Of a stretch of DNA of 64,000 bases, positions 52,018 to 64,000 are shown piece by piece. The DNA is from Eledone cirrhosa (Eukaryota), in NCBI GenBank assembly GCA_964016885.1, contig OZ024740.1:324818001-324882000 (forward strand), written 5' to 3'. How positions within the stretch are numbered: the first letter of the stretch is position 1; every line of letters starts with the position of its first letter. Position numbers and translations under genes: made by a program. A model generated the notes under the pieces. The model was not told the DNA's origin. It was given only the letters and a program-made list of their open reading frames with translations, and made no database searches.

Positions 52018-52073
52018 ATATATGTATATGTATATATATATACACATACACATATATATATATGTAAGTATGG

Positions 52074-52155
<82 letters not shown>

Positions 52156-53021
52156 GTATTTTCTATACCTTTTTATTATTGAGTTTTTGTTAGGGGTGTT
52201 TAGGTTGAGGGTTATATTGTAGGCTGAATAAAACACCACGTTTAATCTGGTGTCTCCTTTGACAGATTTAAGACTGGAAGCTTACAAATCATTCCTTTTG
52301 TTTTTAATGCTAAGTGGCATTTATGTTGCGTCACCGCTTGCCCTTACCGCCACCCATCTTTTGATGAGCTGGAAGTGTGGAAGCGTGTATAGACTTCCAC
52401 ATATGCATGCATAAAAGTACGTCTATATATATATATATATATATACATATATATATACGCGTGTGTGTGTGTGTGTGTGCGAGAGAGAGTGTTTACATGT
52501 GTGTGTGTGCGAGAGAGAGTGTTTACATGTGTGTGTGTGTGTTTTGTGTATTTGTGTGTTTGTGTTTTTGTATGTGTTGTGTTCATGTGTTTGTATGTAT
52601 GTGTTTTTGCGTGTCAGAGAGAGAGTGTGGTGGTGATATTGAAGTTTAGCGTGACAGATTTATGTATCTTTATTGCTCTGCAACTCAATGCAATATCATC
52701 TTACTGTTGAGGTTTTCTGTACAGTCAAGAGAGGAGAGAGAGAGTTTATATGTGTGTGTTTATATCTGGGCTGTTATAGTAAAACGTATTAACCCTTCAC
52801 ATTCAAGTGTCCTGTTTTCACCACTTTCTATCTCAACCCTTTTCCATGTTCCAGTAGTAAACATGCAATATCAGTGACAGCTCCATGGCCATAAGAGTTT
52901 TTTTTATGATTATATGTATACAATGTATAGTATTATATATTGTTTATTATATATTTAATACATAATATTTCTCTCCCCCTCTCTCTCTCTCTCTATGTAT
53001 ATATATATATATATATGTATA

Positions 53022-53149
<128 letters not shown>

Positions 53150-53328
53150 TATAAATATATATATATATATACTATAAAGTATGTCCAAATATATATATAT
53201 ATATATATACATAAATATTATATGTATATATATATAGAGAGGGGGAGAGTGAGGAGTGGGAGAGATACATATATCTAGCTATCGAAACGGCCGGAGCTCA
53301 GCCGTCGTGCTCCTGAGTCTTTTCCTAT

Positions 53329-54104
<776 letters not shown>

Positions 54105-56049
54105 CCTCTAAATGTAACTTGAAAGACACTGTGTTGTCTTGTTGAATATACCATATGAACATATATTTTAGTAACTATCGAAAGAAGATGTATTCATGTT
54201 GGTTGATCATGTTAAGTCTAATATATAAATCGTGCGAGAAGCTGTTTCACTCTGGCATTTTTCTTCATCATAGAATATTTAATTGAGACTTATTTCACAG
54301 TATATTGACACTGTGGGAATAACCGAGATTAAGGAAACTTAGATTGGTAATAACCTTTCATTCTAAGATGTTTGATCGTGGAGAATTTAATGTTCATGTT
54401 AAGGAACCTAGTTGGCGTAGAAAAACAAGGGCTGAACGTGGGTGACTTCCTTGTCGTTACCACATCATTAATGAAGACCTCATTTAAATAATCCACATAA
54501 TACCATAGCCATAATGAGACGGAAAATTCTTGGCCACGTGCTTTGTGTGTCCACAAAATAACAGTGATTGCCTCCCTTCGATGAAAGACCGAAAGGAAGG
54601 TGCAGAGAGGCAAAGCATACACGTGATAACTTGGTTGGGGGTTTGTGGTGGAGGAAGACCAGGCAAAGCAAGAGGCACTAAAGAAGACTAGAAAATAAAG
54701 CTGGCCATAATTGTTGATGTGGTTTAAACTAATTGATGTGTTCGTAATAAAATGTCAGAGGCGGGATTCTTATTTTGTATAGAAGCTTCTGATAAAGGTC
54801 TTTTATCTATAATTTTGTTTTGGCTATTTGAAAATAATAGGGATCAAAGGACGTAGGGAAAAGTTGTTCGAGGAGGGATTTGAACACAGAGTGGCACCGA
54901 AAGCCAGAACATATACCAAAGTATTTAATATAATGCTCTCACTTCTATGCTAATTTGCAGTGGGGCGACGTGCGTTAATATTTAATGATGCTAAATGAAA
55001 TTTATTTAAATACATTTTTCTATATCGTATGCTGAAACACCTTCCACTCTTTTATCATTTCATGTTTAGGTTAATAAACTGTGTCAAAATACAATTTATT
55101 AACCTAAACCTCAAATGTATTGTAAACACGGTGAATGTAGTCAGAAAGGTTGATTGCACTAAGTCTTAGCTTAAAATCTAATATGTAAAAGTTGTATGCT
55201 TCATGTATAAAACAAAATAGTCTTTTGAACATTTAATTTGATTTACAATTACTTTATAGAATTTCATTATATTTTACAGCCAGCTGAAAAATGCTATTAA
55301 TAAATATGCTGCTAGCAATAAATAGGGAAACATGAAATACAACGAAAATGAAAGTGAAAGTAGAGCGAGATGTAAAATAGGAATATGTAAGGCAAAAACA
55401 ACAAATTATTAAATATAAACAATTCAATAATAATAAAATAAAACAATATTGTAATATAATAGATATGGGTATGAGTGATAGAAAAATAATAATTGGTTCC
55501 AAGTCAAGTGCAATTACAGACTGATAACAAATTTCCATATTTCACTGGAAACATTTTGGTAAATTTTAATACCAATTTTTTTAAAGCGGCGGAAGCTGTT
55601 TATATTTTATTACATTTCGTTCATTCGATTTCACTTTTCTGATATTTTCATTGAAAATTTGAATTATTAAATAAAATGAAATGACAACGATTTTAGAAAG
55701 GATGGGATAAATCCTATTTATTATTGTTATTATTATTATTATTATTATTATGAAAAGGCGAAATAAAATCTTCTTATTCTTATTCAAATAAGAGACGGGA
55801 AATTAAAGCAACAGCATGAAATATTTATTTAAAACATAAACGACTAACATTCCAACACTTTCTATCCCTGTATAACACCCAACAACATCATCAGCAATAT
55901 CAACGTCAACTCGTGAACATGAATAAATGAACAAAACAGAGAGAGGGAGAGAGAGAGAGAGAGAGAGATAGATAGAGAGAGAGAGACAGAAAGAGAAAGA
56001 GTGGGGAGAAATATAAAATATGACAGCAATATAATATATATATATATGC

Positions 56050-56132
<83 letters not shown>

Positions 56133-56134
56133 AT

Positions 56135-56193
<59 letters not shown>

Positions 56194-56425
56194 GGGGTAG
56201 GTCGGTAGCATGTTTACAATGGCATATATGCTTCATTGGTTTCGTAATATTGTGTGTCAGAAGTGACATAGAAGCAGAAGCAGTCATGCGTGACACAAGA
56301 ATGTATTCAACGATACATTGTATCTTGCTATTTAGATCTATAGTGTCTATATTTGATGTAGCTTGCCTCGATATACAACCACTAAGTGATAAAATACACG
56401 GAAGGAAACACAAAAACACAATAGG

Positions 56426-56463
<38 letters not shown>

Positions 56464-56472
56464 CATATACAT

Positions 56473-56503
<31 letters not shown>

Positions 56504-56530
56504 CATACATACATACACACATACAAATAT

Positions 56531-56583
<53 letters not shown>

Positions 56584-56686
56584 TGTAAACCTACATATAT
56601 GGAGAGAGAAAGTGAAATAAATAGACAGATAGATATATACAGTGATATATATATACATGTATATATATATATACATGTATATATAT

Positions 56687-56847
<161 letters not shown>

Positions 56848-56874
56848 TTGTGTATGTATGTATACATGTATGAT

Positions 56875-56906
<32 letters not shown>

Positions 56907-56952
56907 TATATAAATATATATATGTATGTATTTATACTTGCCTGTATGTATG

Positions 56953-57015
<63 letters not shown>

Positions 57016-57440
57016 CAAATAACAACGGCAATAACAATACTAATATAATAGGTTTTAAAGACTAACATTTCGATCATATGCCAGTGCTATTGTCGTTGTG
57101 GTCTACATTTAGACATGAAGCAGTTTCTAAACAAGGAGGAATGGTTCTATAAGCCATTTGGTTCGATGTAATGTATTGTCTTCCATATTGTTGAAATAAT
57201 AAATGTTATGGAACTAGAACTGAGAAGAAGAAGAAGAAGAACAACAACAACAACAATAACAACACAACAACAAAACTAAAAACAACAACGATAACAGCAA
57301 CAAATGGAAAAATAACAAAAATTAAAAAATAACAGGTAAAGTTGAATCGAGAATATGCATTCAAGAGAGAAGAGAAAGAGGGGGGGGGGGTAGGTGTACG
57401 TGAAATAATTGATGTATGAAGTGTGCTGAAAATAGAAATA

Positions 57441-57493
<53 letters not shown>

Positions 57494-57510
57494 CAGAGAG
57501 AGAATATACA

Positions 57511-57541
<31 letters not shown>

Positions 57542-57740
57542 ATATACAATATATATGTATATACATATATATATATATATATATACATATCTATATATAA
57601 ACATATATATATATATATATAGAATATACATACATATATATAGTGAGAGAAAATAGATTATTTATATATATATAGAATAAGAATATATATATAGATATAT
57701 ATTCTCTCTGTCTATATATATATATTTATGTATATAGAAC

Positions 57741-57804
<64 letters not shown>

Positions 57805-57931
57805 TATATACATAAATATATATACAGAGAAAGAGAATATATATATATTATATATATACATATATGTGTCAGTGTGTGTGTGTTTGAGTGTGAGTATGTG
57901 TGTATGTGCACGTGCGTACGTGTGTACATAT

Positions 57932-57971
<40 letters not shown>

Positions 57972-58222
57972 ATGTGATGCATTTATGGATGATTACTTGA
58001 GGGGGAATATACAAGAAATAAATATAATATTTGGCGTTCGTTCATTAATGTGTTTTTGTACCACAATAGAAAAAGTGTGTTTCTGTCTTTGTGTTGTTTT
58101 TCACATAGTTTAGATTAGGATCACTGCTTCGATTCTTTGTATCAATGACTCTGCAATCACCAATAAACTGTGTCTATTCTTGCATCATACACATATATAT
58201 ATTATGTACATGTTTTTAAATA

Positions 58223-58314
<92 letters not shown>

Positions 58315-58367
58315 CACACAAACATAGATACCCACGTACACACAACATATATGTATTCATTTACTTA

Positions 58368-58435
<68 letters not shown>

Positions 58436-58939
58436 TGAGAGTGTGTGTGTATGTGTGTGTATAAATTCATATATATATTTAGATATATATTTATGTATAT
58501 ATTATGTGTAAGAGAGAGAGGGGGTGAGAGAGAGAGGGTAGACAGGCTCTTATACATGTACCTGTAGTCTTGTGGCAAAGCAGTTAGGTTGTTCAACTTA
58601 GTATTAGCGGCTCCTGAGTACGATTCCCGGCGGTGCGTTGTATTCGTTCAATTTGGTAAAAGGAGTTGCATCTGTTATTCGAAGTTCTAGCCCTGTTACA
58701 CTGAAACTATCTGAGAACCACAAGTAACCCCTGAGTAACCTCTTCAACGTTAATTTCACAAACAACCAACCACGTTGTCTGAACTACTACACTCACCGTC
58801 GGAGGGTGTAGTAATAATTATGTTTTATAAGAAAGAATTTATTCTTAATAAATAAATATAAAACATAATTATTTTTTTTTTATGTATCGCGACATTTCAG
58901 CCACCCTGTATATATATATATATATGTATATATATGTAT

Positions 58940-59009
<70 letters not shown>

Positions 59010-59011
<2 letters not shown>

Positions 59012-59565
59012 CTGTAACCCCCGCCATGTTCCTTCAGGCCGACCTCTTCAGGGAGACGTACTTCGCTGAGACCCTCACAATATATGCCTATTCCAAAGAG
59101 TTCGTGAGCGTCTAAGGCTGAGCGGCGCTCTTGGCGGTTGTTATTTTGGACATCAAGAAGTGTTCTGGCGTTCCAGCATGCCATAGTAAGTTTAAGCTTG
59201 GCTCCCAATTTTGGTTCCGTTAGGGATACGCTTGTTGCTTATTGTCATATTACGGCGGCAGAGAAGATGCCTTTTGGTTACGGCAAACCATCTGGGTGTA
59301 TTGAATTCAAGCTTTTTGTGTCCACCTTATCTAGGCCCTCCGCTATGTGGAGCAAGAAGGTCCACCCCTAAAAAGGACCTTTGGGACGTTCAGAGAGCTC
59401 TTGCCTTAAAGTCAGCATCATACGCCATTCTACCCCGAGCCGCCTACATCTACGTTTGGGACTGAGGCTTCATATGACACCTTTCACCTGCCGTTTCGCC
59501 CCTCCCCCGTATACGAAGCCTATCGAACAGAATCGGCACAGCCTCGGTCGTTTACCCCCTCACTC
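59010..59565 (-). mobile_element. 5' end (UTR + APE start) of a BovB-like RTE LINE
   Basis: [46 protein letters not shown]. Confidence 0.82.
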
Positions 59566-59587
59566 AATGATATATTTTAGTTTGTGG

Positions 59588-59962
59588 GAGTATCGGTAGA
59601 GGGTCGGACGCCATGCTTTCCAGCATAGTTACGTCCCTTTACGATCTGAGTTCAAATCCCGCCGAGGTTGACTTTGCCTTTCATCCTTACGGGGTCGATA
59701 AAATAAAGTACCAGTAATGCACTGGGTAATTGCTGGCCTTGTGCCTAAAGTAGAAACAATTATTAAAGGGCGGTGGATTGGCAGTATCGGTAGAAGGTCG
59801 GACGCCATGCGTTGCAGCAAAAAGTTATGGCCCTTTATGGTCTGAGTTCAAATCCCGCCTAGGTTAACTTTGCCTTTCATCCTTACGAGGGTCGATAAAA
59901 TAAAGCACCAGTAATGCACTGGGTAATTGCTGGCCTTGTGCCAAACGTAAAAACAATTATTA
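59588..59962 (+). mobile_element. Two tandem family B SINEs
   Basis: Two consecutive consensus matches; a further partial copy at ~60740-60802 (-). Confidence 0.9.
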
Positions 59963-60099
59963 AAAATACAACTTTGTTTTCTCAACTCCTACGTTCCAAC
60001 ACTCTGTCTCACTCTCTCCAGACTCACCATTTACTTCTTCCTCAGCGTGGAACAAATATCAGTGTTTTTGATTCTCCGTGTTTGTATTGTCTATTCTCG

Positions 60100-60148
<49 letters not shown>

Positions 60149-60208
60149 TAAATGAAATTAGAATTTTATTTCTCGCCCTATCACAGCTGATACATAAATA
60201 TACGCATG

Positions 60209-60307
<99 letters not shown>

Positions 60308-60401
60308 TAACATAAGCGCACAGATGTACGCTAATGCCAGCAAATACACAGGTTATGTCATAGTACCTAGGTGGTTCAATGCAGGAGGATGCAGAACAAT
60401 A

Positions 60402-60518
60402 ATATAAAAGACGTAAAATAAGAAAATAAAAAAAAAAAATTAAAAAAAAATTAACTTACTTACTTAAAGTAAGTAAGTTAATTTTTTTTTTATTTTTTTA
60501 AAAATTTCTTATTTTACG

Positions 60519-60528
<10 letters not shown>
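60402..60528. repeat. AT-rich imperfect palindrome centred at 60466, abutting (TA)n
   Basis: ATATAAAAGACGTAAAATAAGAAA...AATTAACTTACTTACTT-A-AAGTAAGTAAGTTAATT...TTTCTTATTTTACGTCTTTTATAT. Confidence 0.85.
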
Positions 60529-60566
<38 letters not shown>

Positions 60567-60648
60567 ATTAAAATACTGGAGCGTGTTGGAGTTAAATACC
60601 CTCTTCGTATTATAGAAATGACAGTAAAAGGTATAGCTCAATGTAATC

Positions 60649-60697
<49 letters not shown>

Positions 60698-60905
60698 TAT
60701 ATACATATACATATGTACGTATAGGTTATATCGAACATTAATAATTGTTTCTACTTTCGGCACAAGGCCAGCAATTATCCAGTACATTACTGGTACTTTA
60801 TTTAATAATATTGAATTCGTTTAAAAAATCAAACGGCCCGATTAATGCTGTGCCATGCCGATGACAAATTGTCATCCGTTTGTTCAACACTGGCATTGCG
60901 GGACA

Positions 60906-60942
60906 ATCAACATGTTTCTGGGTCATTACACTTCATCAGGAC
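60906..60942 (-). ncRNA. Minimal hammerhead-like motif
   Basis: - strand: GTC-CTGATGA-AGTG-TAATGA-CCCA-GAAA-CATG-TT-GAT (stem II weakened). Confidence 0.5.
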
Positions 60943-60959
60943 CGTATACCTCTGCCAGT

Positions 60960-61130
60960 CAGTTGAACTCTTCCACTTCTACTTTTGGGAGCATATTTAC
61001 CTTTATGTTTCTTTTACTAAGTTCCTGGTAGAATCATTTGGGGTTGGAGAGAAAATGCTGGTTTTGTTTAAAAACCACTGCCGTTTTTCATATCTCCGGT
61101 TTCTTTGTGTTTCTGCAGGTATTTGTTGTT
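60960..61130 (-). mobile_element. Short R4/Dong-like ORF remnant (region upstream of RT)
   Basis: Frameshifted RRYEKRQWF...NPK*FYQELSKRNIKVNMLPKVEVEEF. Confidence 0.5.
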
Positions 61131-61142
61131 TTAGTTTCTTAC

Positions 61143-61350
61143 TGATTGGCAGTATTGGTAGAGCGTCTTACATGTTTTGCGGCATATAGTTAGAGCCCCT
61201 TAAATCCTGAGTTCCAATCTCACCAAGGTTAGCTTTGTTTTTCTTCCTGACATGGTCGATAAAATAAAGTACCAGTAATACACTGAAGTTGATTTAATCG
61301 ACTTTTCGCTCCAGTAAAATTGCTGGCCTTGTGCTTATAGTAGAAATCAT
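61143..61350 (+). mobile_element. Family B SINE (diverged)
   Basis: TGGCAGTATTGGTAGAG, GAGTTCCAATC, GTCGATAAAATAAAGTACCAG, tail. Confidence 0.8.
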
Positions 61351-61533
61351 TATTGTTATTATTATTATTATAGGCCTTTTGGCAAAGTTTATATCGTTTC
61401 GATAGTAAATGAGAAATTTCTCATTTGCTATCGAAACAGAATACGTTGAGCCATCGGGCAAACAATCCCTATAATAACATATATCTATATGTTTGTGCAT
61501 ATATGTATATGTATATATATGTATGTATGTATG

Positions 61534-61567
<34 letters not shown>

Positions 61568-62227
61568 TGTATGTATGTATGTATGTATGTATGTATGTAT
61601 GTATGTATGTATGTATGTATGTATGTGTGTGTGTGTATGTGTGTGCGTGTGTGTGTATGTGTGTGTGTATGTGCGTGTGTGTGTGTGTCCGATGTAAAGA
61701 ATGTGTGAATCTGCTAATGTATGTGTGTATGGTGTGTGTATGTGTGTGTGTGTGTGTGCATGTGTGAACTTATGTGTGTAACTGTTTCAAAATATAAGCG
61801 AGAGAAACAGTTTGTAGAGTTAAAATTTGACGAGAAATCTTTCGTCAAACTCTCCCCAGACTGAGAACAAGAAAAACGAACACAGTGTAATTGGAAAATA
61901 AATTTGGGTAGAAACCAGGTAGTACCCGGGTAGACATTTATTGTACTCAACTGGATATTCTTGGAGATGGCATGTTTGATAAGTGGCACGTGACCAAAAT
62001 ATCTAAGCTGGAATCACTTAACGTGCAACTGGTTCCCATCAAATGAACCCCAGATGTAATCCTCACGAGTTTAACGTTCACATAACGATGCATAATTTAC
62101 ACACGTTTGTCTGCGTGTTTTGTGTGAATGTCTTTATTTTTTTCATCACCTCCGTGTGTCTAATCACAGGGTTGGCTGAGCGCTTTTGATAAGGTATGTG
62201 TATATCTATATATATTCCCTCTCCCTC

Positions 62228-62326
<99 letters not shown>

Positions 62327-62412
62327 CACTGTATATATATGATATATGTGTGTGTGTGGGTGCGTGTGCGTGGGTGTGTTGAACAAAAGGTGAAATTTAG
62401 TGCTTAATCAAC

Positions 62413-62477
<65 letters not shown>

Positions 62478-62487
62478 TAGATAGATC

Positions 62488-62962
62488 GATGGCATGACAG
62501 GGCTTGACTATTGGAGTCGATAAGAAAAGCTCAACATTCTCTCCAACGTCGCCGTGAGCGCTATATTATCTGCATGATATGGAAAATATTCCATCAGCTT
62601 TGCCCAAATGATGTTGGCATCACCTTTAATTTACACCCAGGGTTTGGGCCCGGTGCTATCCGCCCACGACAAAAATCTCACTCGCATCTCATAACGACAG
62701 TACGGCACAATTATTTTACCTCACTTGGCCCTGCTCTCTTTAACATTTCACCAAAACACATCAAAATAGAAACGGCAAATTCCTTCAAGAAATCCCGAAT
62801 AAGACTCCTACACCCGGATATGCCTCCGTAAACAATAACTCTCTGCTCGAGTGGGCCATGGTGCCCAAACCCTGATTTATAAGACTTCGCCAGGTGGTGC
62901 TATTAAGTTAAACATGGCCTGGGCCAATACTGACCGAAACCTATCAAAGTTATCAAAGTTAT
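62488..62962 (+). mobile_element. CR1/L2-group LINE 3' fragment with short tandem tail
   Basis: GMTGLDYW..SLQRRRERYIICMIWKI..GPALFNISP..FKK; tail (TATCAAAGT)2. Confidence 0.8.
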
Positions 62963-62974
62963 ATATATAAATAA

Positions 62975-63103
<129 letters not shown>

Positions 63104-64000
63104 CAGAAGAGATTGTTTTGGTAAAAACATTGCTTGTGTGCCCAGCAGACATATGAGTTCCTTGAAGGGTTTGCCAGCCGTCGTGTTTGGTAGAAAAAGC
63201 TATCAACGAAAAAAAACGAAAAAGCTGTGTGTAGCCAAAGCCCAGTAGATAGAGGAAGCAATAAATGGAGCTCTGAGGGAAGGTGGGGTATATATTTTGT
63301 TGACAACCACCTTAAGACAACAACTACAACAACAACAACAACATCATGAACACCACAACCAACAACGACAACGACGATAATAACAGCAAAACACCGCCCA
63401 TATCGTCCGCACTGGCCGCATCAATTGTAGTGATATTACTACAACGAAAGCAACAACCACAGTAAACAGTTACAACAACAACAGCAACACCGACAACAAC
63501 AGCAAAAACACAGACCAGCGTCGTGTACATAGGCCGTAGCAGTCGTAGTGACTGTCTCACCCCGATGACAATAACAACGATAATACCACAGCAATAAAAG
63601 GAGTTCTGAGGTAGGTGGATACACAGAATTGCTGGCATCTATCACCATGAATATATATAGCAACAACAACAATAGTAACGGTAACAAACATTAACACCGT
63701 CCATCACCTACCCCGGTCGTCGTAGTAGTGGTGGTATCATTGATATTAGTATCAAGTCAATGGCAGTGAGCATCCGTTATCCGGGAGCCAGACAGTGGTA
63801 ACACCCATAACAATAACAACAACACCAGTGATGAGCCCACCACGGTGACGGTGGCAACAAGAAAAGGCCTCGCTTCCATCCAAAGGCACAAGGCCAGCAG
63901 TAAATACATTGCAGAGAAAAACAAACTAACCACAATAGTAGTCCGTTGAAACAAGGAAGCGAAAAATGGAACAGAAATATAGATGGATATTTATATATAT

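Noticed and set aside
54574-54600. Hammerhead (CGATGA...GAAA)
   Set aside because: Core mismatch and no stem II or III pairing.
58885-58910. Complete mariner MITE
   Set aside because: Only a right terminus (CACCCTG|TA) is visible; no matching left TIR could be supported.
63324-63960. Hydrophobic or Thr/Asn-rich coding exon
   Set aside because: Degenerate (CAA/ACA)n low-complexity tract; ORFs lack any recognisable motif.

Overview
Eukaryotic, AT-rich and extremely repeat-dense DNA. The (TA)n/(CA)n/(CATA)n microsatellites, tRNA-headed SINEs and RTE LINEs resemble coleoid cephalopod (octopus-like) genomes; this is an inference from repeat content. Almost all ORFs in the supplied track are microsatellite read-through. 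Only one convincing host gene is present: a single-coding-exon, signal-peptide- and TM-bearing, divergent CAP/SCP (GLIPR1/CRISP-like) protein at 19850-20725 (-). The rest is retroelement and DNA-transposon debris (RTE, R4/Dong-like, CRE-like, Tx1/L1, CR1-like, Penelope, mariner, hAT). The most notable structures are: (1) a head-to-tail array of four R4/Dong-like restriction-like-endonuclease retrotransposons of two subfamilies, each ending in the same register in a (CATA)n microsatellite (10465-16102), suggesting microsatellite-specific targeting; (2) about ten hammerhead-ribozyme-like motifs, one essentially canonical (49438-49488), repeatedly tied to fold-back palindromes and (TA)n tracts, consistent with Penelope pLTR remnants; (3) two non-tRNA SINE-like families sharing a head but carrying different RTE-type tails, with the partner LINE of one visible in the window; (4) a 71-bp minisatellite with higher-order structure; (5) a 1.06-kb foldback TIR element with unexplained cargo. 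All coordinates were read by eye; edges of degenerate elements are approximate.
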